A stretch of 64,000 nucleotides of DNA, taken from positions 8,770 to 72,769 of the forward strand of contig CAZTRP010000014.1 of assembly GCA_964616705.1 (NCBI GenBank). The letters run 5' to 3'. This document shows positions 1 through 9,970 of the stretch, in pieces; position 1 is the first letter of the stretch, and every line of letters begins with the position of its first letter. The notes beneath the pieces were generated by a model. The model was not told the DNA's origin and searched no databases. It was given only the letters and a program-made list of their open reading frames with translations. This DNA comes from an uncultured Pseudobdellovibrionaceae bacterium. GTDB taxonomy: Bacteria; Bdellovibrionota; FAC87; UBA2466. The position numbers were made by a program, and so were the translations under genes.

Positions 1-1118
1 AACAAAATGGACAGATTTACGGGGAAGGGGTTTTAGAGACCTTGCCTGATGGTTTTGGGTTTTTGCGCGCCCCTGACTACAACTACTTGCCTGGTCCGGA
101 CGATATCTACGTATCGCCCTCCCAAATTCGGCGTTTCATGCTGCGAACCGGGGACACGGTTGAGGGGCAGATTCGGCCACCCAAGGACTCAGAGCGTTAT
201 TTTGCGCTTCTTAAAGTCGAAAAAGTTAACTTTGAAGACCCGGATGTCGCTCGGGAGAAAATCCTTTTCGACAACCTTACTCCTCTGTACCCGCACGAGC
301 GGTTTAATTTGGAGCACGATCCGAAGAAATATTCGACCCGTATCATCGATTTGATGACTCCAATTGGTAAGGGCCAACGCGGCTTGATTGTTGCGCCGCC
401 TCGCACCGGAAAAACAGTTCTTCTACAGGAAGTGGCCAATGCGATTACGCACAACCACCCTGAAGTCGCCCTGATTGTTTTGCTTATCGATGAGCGCCCA
501 GAAGAAGTTACTGACATGGAGCGCAATGTTAAAGGCGAAGTCGTCAGTTCCACTTTCGACGAGCCAGCTACGCGTCACGTGCAAGTAGCCGAAATGGTTA
601 TTGAGAAAGCAAAACGCTTGGTTGAGCACAAGAAAGACGTCGTGATCTTGCTTGATAGCATCACTCGTCTGGCTCGGGCCTACAACACTGTCGTGCCTCC
701 GAGCGGCAAGATTCTCTCAGGCGGCGTGGACTCTAACGCCCTTCACAAGCCGAAGCGCTTTTTTGGTGCTGCACGTAATATCGAAAATGGGGGAAGCCTT
801 ACGATTATCGCTACTGCCCTTATCGATACGGGCAGCCGAATGGACGAAGTCATTTTCGAAGAGTTCAAAGGTACGGGCAATATGGAAGTGACGCTCGACC
901 GCAAGCTCATGGAAAAGCGTATTTTCCCCTGCATCGACATCAACAAGTCAGGAACTCGAAAAGAAGAGCTGCTTATTGATAAAGAGGTTCTGAATCGGGT
1001 TTGGATTTTGCGTAAAGTCCTTCAGCCTATGAACGTCGTCGATAGCATGGAATTCTTGCTCGATAAAATCATGTCTTCGAAGACGAACCGGGCTTTTCTT
1101 GATTCGATGAGCAGTTAA
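1..1118 (+). CDS. rho: Transcription termination factor Rho, 5'-partial. The reading frame is open from nt 3, and the N-terminus lies upstream of the window.
   Basis: The translation matches Rho over its full length: '...[37 protein letters not shown]...'. It has the P-loop 'APPRTGKT', then '[10 protein letters not shown]' and 'SGTRKEELL'. Confidence 0.95.
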   Translation, partial: QNGQIYGEGVLETLPDGFGFLRAPDYNYLPGPDDIYVSPSQIRRFMLRTGDTVEGQIRPPKDSERYFALLKVEKVNFEDPDVAREKILFDNLTPLYPHERFNLEHDPKKYSTRIIDLMTPIGKGQRGLIVAPPRTGKTVLLQEVANAITHNHPEVALIVLLIDERPEEVTDMERNVKGEVVSSTFDEPATRHVQVAEMVIEKAKRLVEHKKDVVILLDSITRLARAYNTVVPPSGKILSGGVDSNALHKPKRFFGAARNIENGGSLTIIATALIDTGSRMDEVIFEEFKGTGNMEVTLDRKLMEKRIFPCIDINKSGTRKEELLIDKEVLNRVWILRKVLQPMNVVDSMEFLLDKIMSSKTNRAFLDSMSS

Positions 1119-1139
1119 CCCCTAGGGCCAAACCATCAG

Positions 1140-1631
1140 ATGAAACGCAAGTACCTCATCTTGTTCTCACTGAGTGGTTTCATTGTTGCGCTGGATCAGC
1201 TCACCAAGACGTGGGCTTTGCTTACGCTCGACGCAGGCGAGGAAATCACTCTGCTAGGGCGTTGGCTAACTTTGGTTCGAGCTCAAAACAGTGGTTTTGC
1301 CTTTGGACTTATTCAACGCGCCCCCGACTCGTTGAAGGATGTCTTTTTTATTGGCATCCCGGTTTTTGCCCTGGTGCTTATCGTTCTTATTTTTATCAAG
1401 CTTCAGGATGAGCAACTGTTTACCTCGGTGGCGCTTACCACATTGCTGGCGGGCGCCATGGGGAACTTGATCGATCGGGTTCAGTACGGACATGTTCTGG
1501 ACTTTATCCGTCTTGAAGTGGGCGGCTGGGCTTTGCCCGTCTTTAACGTCGCAGATATCTCGATTTTCTTGGGCGTTGCTTTGATGGTGATAAACACCTT
1601 TCGAAAACCGGGCATGGGGAGTGGATTATAA
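1140..1631 (+). CDS. lspA: Lipoprotein signal peptidase (signal peptidase II), paralog 1.
   Basis: LspA signatures are present: 'LDQLTK', 'NSGFAFG', 'GNLIDR', 'VLDF' and 'FNVADI'. The protein is about 160 aa with multiple TM helices. Confidence 0.85.
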   Translation: MKRKYLILFSLSGFIVALDQLTKTWALLTLDAGEEITLLGRWLTLVRAQNSGFAFGLIQRAPDSLKDVFFIGIPVFALVLIVLIFIKLQDEQLFTSVALTTLLAGAMGNLIDRVQYGHVLDFIRLEVGGWALPVFNVADISIFLGVALMVINTFRKPGMGSGL

Positions 1632-2121
1632 AATGGGAAAATACCGTCTGCTCGGTGTGGTGGCTGTAGTCTCCTTGGCACTCGATCAATGGACTAAGTG
1701 GTTAGTTCACTCACGTTTTCGAGTTGGGGAAAGCATCGAGCTCCTAGACCCTGTTTTTGCCCTTACCTACGTTCGAAACAAAGGCGCTGCGTTTGGCATT
1801 TTGCAGACGGCTAGTGCGGAGTTTCGTGAGCCCTTCTTTCTTCTGGTACCCATAGTAGCCATAGTCGCGATTGGTGTCCTGTACTACCGCCTGAAGCCAG
1901 AGCAGAAGTATTCGGCCTTGGCTTTTTCGCTGATTTTAAGTGGGGCGGTCGGCAACTTTATAGATAGAGCCAGGCTTGGCTTTGTAGTCGACTTTCTGGA
2001 TGTGCATTGGAAAGAGGTCTACCACTGGCCAGCCTTCAATATTGCCGATTCCTGTATTGTCGTAGGGGTCGGACTTCTATTCCTTCTCTCCTTTAAGGCA
2101 GAAAACGCTTCCCGTTATTGA
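1621..2121 (+). CDS. lspA: Lipoprotein signal peptidase (signal peptidase II), paralog 2. It overlaps paralog 1 by 11 nt.
   Basis: It carries the same catalytic signature set: 'LDQWTK', 'NKGAAFG', 'GNFIDR', 'VVDF' and 'FNIADS'. Confidence 0.85.
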   Translation: MDYKMGKYRLLGVVAVVSLALDQWTKWLVHSRFRVGESIELLDPVFALTYVRNKGAAFGILQTASAEFREPFFLLVPIVAIVAIGVLYYRLKPEQKYSALAFSLILSGAVGNFIDRARLGFVVDFLDVHWKEVYHWPAFNIADSCIVVGVGLLFLLSFKAENASRY

Positions 2122-2175
2122 GCTAACTCCACGCTCGTGCTATTACGGTTTGCCGTTTAAACGAAAGGAACCCGC

Positions 2176-3474
2176 ATGCATTCCCATAGCCACGATGTCG
2201 AAGTGAAAAAAGTCGATCGAATCAGCAGTACCCAGGTTCGTCTGACCATCGCTTTTGCGGGAAAAACCTTAGCTGAGCACGAGAAAATGACGGCCCAGGA
2301 GTACGCCAAAGAAGCCTCCTTTCCTGGGTTTCGCCCCGGAAAAGCGCCCATGAAGATGGTACTAGAAAAGTACCGCGATCGAATCCGACAAGACGTCGTT
2401 TCCCATCTATTGGAAGCAGGCCTTTCTGAAGCACTCGAGCAAACCAAGCTCATGCCTTTGAATCGCCCCCGAATCGAACTAGAAGCTGTGAGCTTTGAAG
2501 AAGAGAAGCCCCTAGAATTTCACGCCGAATTTGAAGTCGAGCCTGAGATCGAAGTTAAGGGCTACAAAGGCGTCCCACTTAAACCCTCTCCTGTTGAGGT
2601 GACCGACGCAGAAGTAGATGAAACAGTCCAAAACTTGCGTGAGCGCCTAGGCGTTCTGGAGCCGTCCTCTCTCACCAAACCAAAGGCGGGCGTTTTTGCT
2701 GAAGTGGAAGTCGCCTACCACTTGGTTGAGAATCCCTCAAAGGCCGAGCCAGCTTCTACGTTTACAGTGGAACTAGGGAATGGAAAGCTCATCACGGAAA
2801 TTGACCAAGCCCTTATGGAAATGTCAGTCGGGGATTCAAGAAAAGTAGAAGGTACTTTCCCTCCCGATTACCACGAGAAAGACCTGGCAGGACAAAAGGC
2901 CCTCTTTGACTGCAAAGTTCTGGGTTTAAAAGAGCGGACTTTGCCGGAAGTAAATGATGCTTTCGCCGAGCAAGTAAAGCCAGGGCTGACGCTATTGGCG
3001 CTTCGCGCAGATATACGGAAAAATCTTCAGTCCACCAAAGAGCGGGAAGTGCGCCGAGCACAGCGTCAGCAGATTATCGATCACTTGGTGAAGAAGAATA
3101 GTTTTGATGTGCCTTCCAGCATGATCGACATGCAGGCGCGAAAGCTCTTGGACTCCATGACACAAGACTTAAAGATGCGCGGCCAGGCATTGCCCGAGCT
3201 TAAAGATGAAGAAATGAGCGCAGTCCGTGGATCTGCTGAAGAGATCGTTCGAGGCGGGCTATTGCTTAAGCACATTGCGTTGAAAGAAAAAATCGGCTTG
3301 GCCGAAGATAAGCTCGACGCGCGTCTGAATACCCTAGCTCAACAATGGGGCCAGCCGGCGGCGGAAGCGCGCAAGTTCCTCGAGAAGCAGGGAATGCTCG
3401 ATAGAATTCGCGATGAAGTGCTCACGGATCAGATTTTTGACTTCTTGATCGAGAACGCAAAACACGAAAGTTAG
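2176..3474 (+). CDS. tig: Trigger factor (ribosome-associated chaperone / PPIase).
   Basis: It has the 'FRPGKAP' ribosome-binding motif region, is 432 aa, and sits immediately upstream of clpP-clpX-lon. That is the conserved tig-clpPX-lon synteny. Confidence 0.9.
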   Translation: MHSHSHDVEVKKVDRISSTQVRLTIAFAGKTLAEHEKMTAQEYAKEASFPGFRPGKAPMKMVLEKYRDRIRQDVVSHLLEAGLSEALEQTKLMPLNRPRIELEAVSFEEEKPLEFHAEFEVEPEIEVKGYKGVPLKPSPVEVTDAEVDETVQNLRERLGVLEPSSLTKPKAGVFAEVEVAYHLVENPSKAEPASTFTVELGNGKLITEIDQALMEMSVGDSRKVEGTFPPDYHEKDLAGQKALFDCKVLGLKERTLPEVNDAFAEQVKPGLTLLALRADIRKNLQSTKEREVRRAQRQQIIDHLVKKNSFDVPSSMIDMQARKLLDSMTQDLKMRGQALPELKDEEMSAVRGSAEEIVRGGLLLKHIALKEKIGLAEDKLDARLNTLAQQWGQPAAEARKFLEKQGMLDRIRDEVLTDQIFDFLIENAKHES

Positions 3475-3550
3475 GCCGGGCGTTTTTGGCCGCTTCAAGG
3501 AGCTTACGGGCAAAGGCTCTTGCTCGTTGCGTTACGTTTTCCTGCGAAGC

Positions 3551-3579
3551 TTGTCATTGTTGCTCCCAGAGAGTTAAAT
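3551..3579 (+). promoter_or_regulatory. Putative sigma70-like promoter upstream of clpP: TTGTCA-N17-TTAAAT.
   Basis: TTGTCA lies at 3551-3556, followed by a 17-nt spacer and TTAAAT at 3574-3579. A GGGAGG RBS is at 3589-3594 and the ATG at 3605. Confidence 0.25.
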
Positions 3580-3604
3580 AGTACAACTGGGAGGTACGCT
3601 TCAG

Positions 3605-4294
3605 ATGTCTACTTTGTACTCGATGGCAAACGGTAGTCGCCCTTCTCCCGAAAATAGCCAGCTCTCGCCGAGCGCTTCTTACCTAGTTCCGATGGTAATA
3701 GAGCAGACGCCGCGTGGTGAGCGGAGTTTTGATATCTATTCTCGGCTCTTGAAAGAGCGCATTATTTTTATCGGCACGCCAATTGACGATACGATCGCCA
3801 ACCTGGTTGTAGCTCAGCTGCTGTTTTTAGAGTCTGAGGATCCGGAATCGGACATCCATATTTACATTAATTCCCCGGGTGGAAGCGTTTCTGCAGGTCT
3901 CGGAATTTACGACATGATGCAGTACACAAAGCCCGACATCTGCACGTATTGCATAGGAATGGCCGCGAGCATGGGCGCTGTTCTGCTCACTGCGGGCACC
4001 AAGGGAAAGCGCTTTGCGTTGCCTAGCTCAGAAATAATGATTCACCAACCCTTGGGTGGTGCTCAAGGGCAGGCGAGTGATATTGAAATTCATGCGCGCC
4101 ACATTTTAGCAACGCGGGAACGACTCAATAAAATTTTGGCCAAACACACCGGCCAATCTTTGGATGTCATTCAAAAAGACACCGACCGCGACCGTTTCAT
4201 GGGGCCGGAAGAAGCAAAAGCGTACGGCCTTGTCGATAATGTAGTGTCTCAGCGTGGAAAAAGCGCTAAACCAGATAAGAAGGGTGGCGAGTAG
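3605..4294 (+). CDS. clpP: ATP-dependent Clp protease proteolytic subunit.
   Basis: '[29 protein letters not shown]' matches the ClpP propeptide/N-terminus. The catalytic Ser lies in 'GMAASMGA', with the His/Asp context preserved. Confidence 0.95.
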   Translation: MSTLYSMANGSRPSPENSQLSPSASYLVPMVIEQTPRGERSFDIYSRLLKERIIFIGTPIDDTIANLVVAQLLFLESEDPESDIHIYINSPGGSVSAGLGIYDMMQYTKPDICTYCIGMAASMGAVLLTAGTKGKRFALPSSEIMIHQPLGGAQGQASDIEIHARHILATRERLNKILAKHTGQSLDVIQKDTDRDRFMGPEEAKAYGLVDNVVSQRGKSAKPDKKGGE

Positions 4295-4340
4295 CCGCCG
4301 CTTGTTCCGGTTTAAGATCCTTTAGGACAGGAGGTCCGTC

Positions 4341-5621
4341 ATGAGTCGAAGAGATAGCGACAGTTTCGGGAATCTAGTCTGCAGCTTCTGTGGAAAGAAT
4401 CAGCGAGAAGTAAAAAAACTCATCGCTGGTCCTACGGTCCACATCTGCGATGAGTGCATCGAACTCTGCAATGACATCATTGCGGAAGAGGCAGAAAAAG
4501 AAGACGTTCGCACAGGGACAACGAAAGTTCCCAAGCCTTCCGAAATTAAAAATGTTTTGGATGAGTACGTCATTGGTCAGAACCAGGCCAAGAAGACTCT
4601 TTCTGTGGCGTTGCACAACCATTACAAGCGCATTGGTCACCCAAAGACTTCTGGCGAAGTAGAGCTCCAAAAGAGCAACATCTTGCTCATCGGTCCTACT
4701 GGCAGCGGAAAAACGCTCTTAGCGCAAACCATGGCGCGACTCCTGAAGGTACCTTTCTGCATCGTGGATGCTACGACGCTGACTGAGGCGGGGTACGTCG
4801 GAGAAGATGTCGAAAACATCATCCTCTACTTATTGCAGGCAGCGGATTACGACATCGAAAAGACCCAAAAAGGCATCGTCTATATCGATGAGATCGATAA
4901 GATTGCTCGAAAAGGTGAAAACCCTTCGATCACACGCGATGTCTCTGGAGAAGGTGTACAGCAAGCGCTTTTGAAAATTTTTGAAGGCACTCGCGCCAAC
5001 GTTCCGCCAAAAGGTGGACGCAAACACCCACAGCAAGAGTTCCTTCAAGTAGACACGACGAATATCTTGTTTATTTGCGGTGGGGCTTTTGTCGGCCTGG
5101 AGAAGGTCATTGAGGCGCGGCATCACAAGCGTAGCATGGGTATTGGAGCGGACATCCGGACTGAAAAAGAAAAGCCGAAAGATGCCGCCTCAAACCGCGT
5201 GCTTCCAGAAGACTTGCTGCGCTTTGGAATGATTCCTGAGTTCGTTGGTCGTCTGCCTGTTATTGCGACCCTCGAAGAGCTAGATGAAAAAGCGTTGGTC
5301 AAGATTTTGACAGAGCCAAAGAACGCTATCATTAAGCAATACCAGCGTCTTTTCGAGTACGAGAATGTGAAGCTTCGCTTCGAAGATAGTGCGCTTAAGC
5401 GCATTGCCCGTGAAGCGATGAAATCCAAGACCGGCGCTCGTGGCCTGCGTTCAATTCTCGAGCACAGCATGCTCGATATCATGTATGAGTTGCCTTCCAT
5501 CGCTAATTTGAAGGAGTGCATTATCAACGAAGAAGTAATTTCGAAGAATGCACGGCCGGAACTTGTGTTCGGCGAAGATCCTGCGGGCGATGAAATGGAT
5601 AAGAAAGTAGAAAACGCTTAA
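4341..5621 (+). CDS. clpX: ATP-dependent Clp protease ATP-binding subunit ClpX.
   Basis: It has the N-terminal C4 zinc finger 'CSFCGK...CDEC', Walker A 'GPTGSGKT' and a ClpX-specific C-terminal domain. Confidence 0.95.
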   Translation: MSRRDSDSFGNLVCSFCGKNQREVKKLIAGPTVHICDECIELCNDIIAEEAEKEDVRTGTTKVPKPSEIKNVLDEYVIGQNQAKKTLSVALHNHYKRIGHPKTSGEVELQKSNILLIGPTGSGKTLLAQTMARLLKVPFCIVDATTLTEAGYVGEDVENIILYLLQAADYDIEKTQKGIVYIDEIDKIARKGENPSITRDVSGEGVQQALLKIFEGTRANVPPKGGRKHPQQEFLQVDTTNILFICGGAFVGLEKVIEARHHKRSMGIGADIRTEKEKPKDAASNRVLPEDLLRFGMIPEFVGRLPVIATLEELDEKALVKILTEPKNAIIKQYQRLFEYENVKLRFEDSALKRIAREAMKSKTGARGLRSILEHSMLDIMYELPSIANLKECIINEEVISKNARPELVFGEDPAGDEMDKKVENA

Positions 5622-5649
5622 GCTCTTGTGTTTTTGCGTGCAGTGATTC

Positions 5650-5683
5650 GAGGGGGAAGGCGAGCCTTCCCCCTCTTTTTTTT
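5650..5683 (+). terminator. Rho-independent terminator after clpX.
   Basis: An 11-bp GC-rich stem 'GAGGGGGAAGG'/'CCTTCCCCCTC' encloses a CGAG loop and is followed by a T8 tract. Confidence 0.7.
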
Positions 5684-5708
5684 AAGGCGTGCAGCGTTAC
5701 GTTCTTAT

Positions 5709-5739
5709 TTTGAACCGAACTTCGATTTGCAGTTATAAT
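5709..5739 (+). promoter_or_regulatory. Putative promoter of lon: TTGAAC-N19-TATAAT.
   Basis: TTGAAC lies at 5709-5714 and TATAAT at 5734-5739, about 75 nt upstream of the lon ATG. The -35 element is also close to the sigma32 CTTGAAA consensus. Confidence 0.35.
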
Positions 5740-5811
5740 AGTATTGTGGCGTCGAATTCGGTGCCATGCCTTCCCAAAAGATGCAAATAAATTAGCGGAG
5801 GTTCGTTTCGA

Positions 5812-8250
5812 ATGAACAAGAAGTCGGACGCCCCCCAGGTTTACTCTCTACTCCCCCTTCGTGACATCATTGTGTTTCCTCACATGGTGGTTCCACTCTT
5901 TGTGGGTCGCGAAAAATCCATTCGCGCTCTTGAAGAGGCGATGTCGAGCCGCAAGCAGATTGTGCTCGCTGCACAAAGGCGTGCTCAGAACAACAACCCG
6001 GAAGAGAAAGACATATTCGCTATCGGTACGCTAGCGAATATCATCCAGCTTCTCCGACTGCCCGACGGCACGCTCAAGGTTTTAGTGGAAGGCGTTCAGC
6101 GCGTTAGGATTTTGAAGTATTTAGAAAAAGACTCTATTTTCCGCGTAGAAGGCGAACCGCTTGATGAAGAAGTCAGCTCCCCTGTGGAGTCTGAAGCCTT
6201 TGTTCGCAGCCTGAAGGTAGCTTTTGAAACCTACGTAAAGCTCAACAAAAAGATCCCACCGGAACTTTTAATGTCGGTGCTTTCGATAGATGACCCGTCG
6301 AAACTTTCCGATACTGTGGTTCCGCATCTAAACGTAAAAGTAGAAGACAAGCAGAAGCTTCTCGAAATTACCGATGCTTGCAAGCGACTTGAAGAACTCT
6401 ATGGCTTATTAGAAGGCGAGATTGAAATTCTCCAAGTAGAGAAGAAAATCCGCAGCCGCGTTAAGAAGCAAATGGAGCGCTCGCAAAAAGAGTACTACCT
6501 GAATGAGCAAATGCAGGCCATTCAGAAAGAACTCGGCGATCGCGATGAGTTTAAAAATGAGCTGTACGAATTAGAAAAGCTCATTAAGAAAAAACGCATG
6601 CCCGAAGAAGCCGCCAAGAAAGCCAAGGGCGAGCTAAAGAAGCTAAAGATGATGTCACCCATGTCTGCTGAGGCGACAGTGGTGCGCAACTATTTAGATT
6701 GGTTTCTCAGTGTTCCGTGGAACGAAAAGACGGAAGACAAAATCGATGTCGAAAAAGCGGAAGGGGTCTTGGACGAAGACCACTATGGCTTAAAGACAGT
6801 AAAAGACCGAATAGTCGAACACTTGGCCGTTCAGAGTCTTGTCGATCGAGTGCAAGGGCCAGTCCTTTGCTTAGTGGGACCTCCGGGCGTAGGAAAAACT
6901 TCGCTGGCTCGTTCCATCGCGCGTTCCATTGGGCGAAATTTCGTAAAAATTTCGCTGGGTGGAGTTCGAGACGAGGCAGAAATTCGCGGACACCGCCGTA
7001 CCTACATTGGTGCGTTGCCTGGAAAATTCATTCAGGCCATGAAGAAAGCCGGTACGGTAAATCCTGTTATTTTGCTCGATGAAATCGACAAAATGAGCAC
7101 GGACTTTCGTGGCGACCCAAGCGCAGCATTGCTTGAAGTATTGGATCCAGAACAAAACAAGTACTTCTCAGATCACTACATGGAAGTTGAGTACGATCTG
7201 TCACAGTGCATGTTTATTACTACGGCAAACTCCCAGCACACTATTCCGTGGCCGTTACTTGATAGGCTTGAGGTGATTTCTTTATCGGGTTACACCGAAG
7301 AAGAAAAGATTGAGATATGCAATCGTCACCTCATTCCGAAGGTAACCAAGAATCATGGACTGGATCCGGACTTTGTAACTTTTCCAACGGCGACGTTGGA
7401 AGCCATTATCCGTCACTACACGCGTGAAGCTGGAGTTCGAAACCTGGAGCGTGTTTTTGCTTCGGTTTGTCGAAAGCTTGCTCGCCAGTGGGCAAAGAAA
7501 ACAGCAGTACGTGAAAAAGTGACCATCACGCCGAAGAAGCTCGTGGATCTTCTGGGGCCACACAAGTATCGCTTCCAGAAGCTGGAAGACAATTCCGAAG
7601 TTGGGCTGTGCAATGGTTTGGCATTCACCGAAACCGGTGGAGACATGCTCACCATCGAAGTACTTCAAATGCCCGGCAAGGGATCTTTGAAAGTCACCGG
7701 TAAGTTGGGCGACGTGATGCAAGAGTCGGCGCAAGCTGCTATGAGCTATGTTCGCTCGCGAGCTAAGCTTTTGGGACTTGCTCCCGACTTCTACCAAAAT
7801 ATCGATTTGCACATTCACGTGCCAGAGGGTGCTATTCCGAAGGATGGCCCTTCTGCTGGGATTACTATGGCCACGGCACTCGTTAGCTCGCTCACGGGCA
7901 AACCAGTAAGCCGAGAGGTCGCTATGACGGGTGAAATTACCCTTCGTGGAAACGTACTCCCGATTGGCGGGTTGAAAGAAAAAATCTTTGCTGCGCACCG
8001 TGGCGGAATAAAGACCGTTATTATTCCTCACGACAACGTGAAGGACCTCGAGGATATTCCGAAAAATATTCTTAAGAGCCTAAAAATCATCGACGTCACC
8101 CATACGGATCAAGTGCTGCGGCACGCTTTAGTTGCGGACGAAGTGTTTTTAACTTCGACTGAAACACGTCCGGCTGAGGCGGCAGTGGAACCGATTCCAG
8201 AGGTTGCGGCGACTCCTGCTGATCCAGCTTTACCGCTAACTTCACACTAA
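5812..8250 (+). CDS. lon: ATP-dependent protease Lon (LonA).
   Basis: It has the Lon N-terminal domain, Walker A 'GPPGVGKT' and the protease active-site Ser in '[15 protein letters not shown]'. Length is 812 aa. Confidence 0.95.
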   Translation: MNKKSDAPQVYSLLPLRDIIVFPHMVVPLFVGREKSIRALEEAMSSRKQIVLAAQRRAQNNNPEEKDIFAIGTLANIIQLLRLPDGTLKVLVEGVQRVRILKYLEKDSIFRVEGEPLDEEVSSPVESEAFVRSLKVAFETYVKLNKKIPPELLMSVLSIDDPSKLSDTVVPHLNVKVEDKQKLLEITDACKRLEELYGLLEGEIEILQVEKKIRSRVKKQMERSQKEYYLNEQMQAIQKELGDRDEFKNELYELEKLIKKKRMPEEAAKKAKGELKKLKMMSPMSAEATVVRNYLDWFLSVPWNEKTEDKIDVEKAEGVLDEDHYGLKTVKDRIVEHLAVQSLVDRVQGPVLCLVGPPGVGKTSLARSIARSIGRNFVKISLGGVRDEAEIRGHRRTYIGALPGKFIQAMKKAGTVNPVILLDEIDKMSTDFRGDPSAALLEVLDPEQNKYFSDHYMEVEYDLSQCMFITTANSQHTIPWPLLDRLEVISLSGYTEEEKIEICNRHLIPKVTKNHGLDPDFVTFPTATLEAIIRHYTREAGVRNLERVFASVCRKLARQWAKKTAVREKVTITPKKLVDLLGPHKYRFQKLEDNSEVGLCNGLAFTETGGDMLTIEVLQMPGKGSLKVTGKLGDVMQESAQAAMSYVRSRAKLLGLAPDFYQNIDLHIHVPEGAIPKDGPSAGITMATALVSSLTGKPVSREVAMTGEITLRGNVLPIGGLKEKIFAAHRGGIKTVIIPHDNVKDLEDIPKNILKSLKIIDVTHTDQVLRHALVADEVFLTSTETRPAEAAVEPIPEVAATPADPALPLTSH

Positions 8251-8491
8251 GGTGTGCTGGTTGGCCCATTTGGCGGGAGCTTTGTAGGCCGTATTCCGAA
8301 AGAATACGAAAAGATTTGTAATATCAATAATTTATATTGAAGCGGGAAGGGGTTAGGGGTAAATTAGTACTTGTCACCCAGACACCCTACAGACTTCTTG
8401 CTACCTAGCATCTGAGGCACCACGGCTTCTTTAAGCCCGCCTCGTTAATAGTTCAAACCTAGTCGGTTCAACTTTAATCAGGAGTCTTTCC

Positions 8492-8701
8492 ATGTCCTTT
8501 TGCAAAATTTGCAATAAGCCACGCCACCTGTCGTACGTACTGAACAACAAATTAGTATGTTTAGAGTGCGATGAACTTAGCTTCGATATTGAAATCGAAG
8601 ATGAAGATGGGGAATTCGAAAGAAAAGCCCCGGCACCATCCAAAGAACGTCCTACGACGCCCACCGCCCAAAAGCGGAACAAAGCGACTTCAAAGTCCTA
8701 A
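8492..8701 (+). CDS. Small hypothetical zinc-ribbon protein (69 aa) with a basic C-terminal tail.
   Basis: An AGGAG RBS sits 6 nt upstream of the ATG. Two CxxC pairs ('CKIC' and 'CLEC') are spaced by 14 residues. A competing antisense ORF has no RBS. Confidence 0.4.
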   Translation: MSFCKICNKPRHLSYVLNNKLVCLECDELSFDIEIEDEDGEFERKAPAPSKERPTTPTAQKRNKATSKS

Positions 8702-9870
8702 CGGGCTAGTCGCTTTAGGTCTTCCACTCGATCGAGCCGTTCCCACGTGAAACCTTTTGAGCTCGTGCGGCCAAAGTGTCCGTACGCTGCGGTTTCTTCG
8801 TAGATGGGGCGGAGCAAGTCCAAAGACTTCACGATTTCTGCGGGTTTTGTCCCGAAGATTTCTCGAACTGCGCTCACTAGCTTAGTGGAGTTCGCAGTTC
8901 CAGTGCCGAAGTCTTCGATCATGAGAGATACTGGCTCGGCCACGCCAATTGCGTAGGCAAGCTGAACCAGACAACGCTTAGCAAGACCGGCAGCAACAAT
9001 GTTTTTGGCAATGTAACGAGCCATGTAGCAGGCCGAACGATCTACTTTGGAAGGATCTTTTCCAGAAAAGGCGCCTCCACCGTGTGCTCCGTGACCGCCA
9101 TAAGTATCTACGATGATCTTGCGGCCGGTGAGACCACAATCGCCCATGGGGCCGCCCACAACAAAGCGCCCGGTTGGGTTGATGTAAAACTTGGTTTTAG
9201 AATCGAAATACTTGGCTGGTATAGCCTTAGCGATAACTTCTTCTTGTACCGCCGTCTTGAGCTCTTCGTAGGACACATCTGGGCTGTGCTGAGTGGAAAC
9301 AACCACAGCATCTACGCGTTTTACTTGTCCGTTCGAATCGTACTCAGTGGTGACTTGAGCTTTGCCGTCTGGGCGCAAGAAGCCCAAAATATTTTCTTTC
9401 CTGCATTCTGACAAACGCCGAGTGAGGCGGTGAGAAAATGCTGCAGAAGCAGGCATGAACTCCGGGGTTTCATCGCAGGCATATCCAAACATAAGCCCTT
9501 GATCGCCTGCCCCTTGCTCCTTAAAGAGACCTTCGCCCTCGGTAACCCCTTGAGAGATATCCGGAGATTGGCGGCCTACCGCTGTAATGACGGCGCAAGT
9601 ATTGTAGTCGAAACCTTTGTCGTTTGAGTCGTAACCAATTTTCTTAACGGTGTTACGCGCAATTGCAGTGAAGTCCACAATCGCTGAGGTGGTGATTTCG
9701 CCGCTCACCATGACGAGTCCAGTCGTGAGAAGGCACTCACAAGCTACCCGGCCGCGCGGGTCTTGAGCCAAGATGGCATCTAGAACAGCGTCGCTAACCT
9801 GATCTGCCATCTTATCTGGATGGCCTTCAGTTACGGATTCCGATGTAAACAGGCAGTTCTTAAGATTCAT
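8698..9870 (-). CDS. metK: S-adenosylmethionine synthetase.
   Basis: The N-terminus '[27 protein letters not shown]' and 'GGGAFSGKD' are MetK hallmarks. A GGAGAAGG RBS precedes the start. Confidence 0.95.
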   Translation of the reverse strand: MNLKNCLFTSESVTEGHPDKMADQVSDAVLDAILAQDPRGRVACECLLTTGLVMVSGEITTSAIVDFTAIARNTVKKIGYDSNDKGFDYNTCAVITAVGRQSPDISQGVTEGEGLFKEQGAGDQGLMFGYACDETPEFMPASAAFSHRLTRRLSECRKENILGFLRPDGKAQVTTEYDSNGQVKRVDAVVVSTQHSPDVSYEELKTAVQEEVIAKAIPAKYFDSKTKFYINPTGRFVVGGPMGDCGLTGRKIIVDTYGGHGAHGGGAFSGKDPSKVDRSACYMARYIAKNIVAAGLAKRCLVQLAYAIGVAEPVSLMIEDFGTGTANSTKLVSAVREIFGTKPAEIVKSLDLLRPIYEETAAYGHFGRTSSKGFTWERLDRVEDLKRLAR

Positions 9871-9970
9871 ACCTTCTCCGAAAAACCTGTAAGTTGTCTC
9901 GGGAAGGCAGGTTTGTCAAACCCGGATCTTTAGCCCCTAGGCCAAAGATCGGGTCGGGCAGTTTCGCGCG

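Noticed and set aside
49-946. Several 60-120-aa ORFs on both strands inside rho (49-354 +, 197-553 -, 652-891 +, and others).
   Set aside because: They are fully embedded in, or antisense to, a gene whose translation matches Rho along its whole length. They are shadow ORFs with no RBS.
3472-3500. GGCCGGGCGTTTTTGGCCG after tig, considered as a terminator.
   Set aside because: The stem is only about 4 bp (self-complementary GGCC) and the T-run falls inside the loop. This is not convincing.
9871-9970. A possible SAM riboswitch in the metK leader. There is a hairpin at about 9918-9955 with a palindromic CCTAGG loop.
   Set aside because: The leader is only about 100 nt and shows no SAM-I or SAM-II consensus elements that I can recognise. 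The hairpin is more simply a terminator or attenuator for the upstream LysM gene. This is left as low-confidence only.
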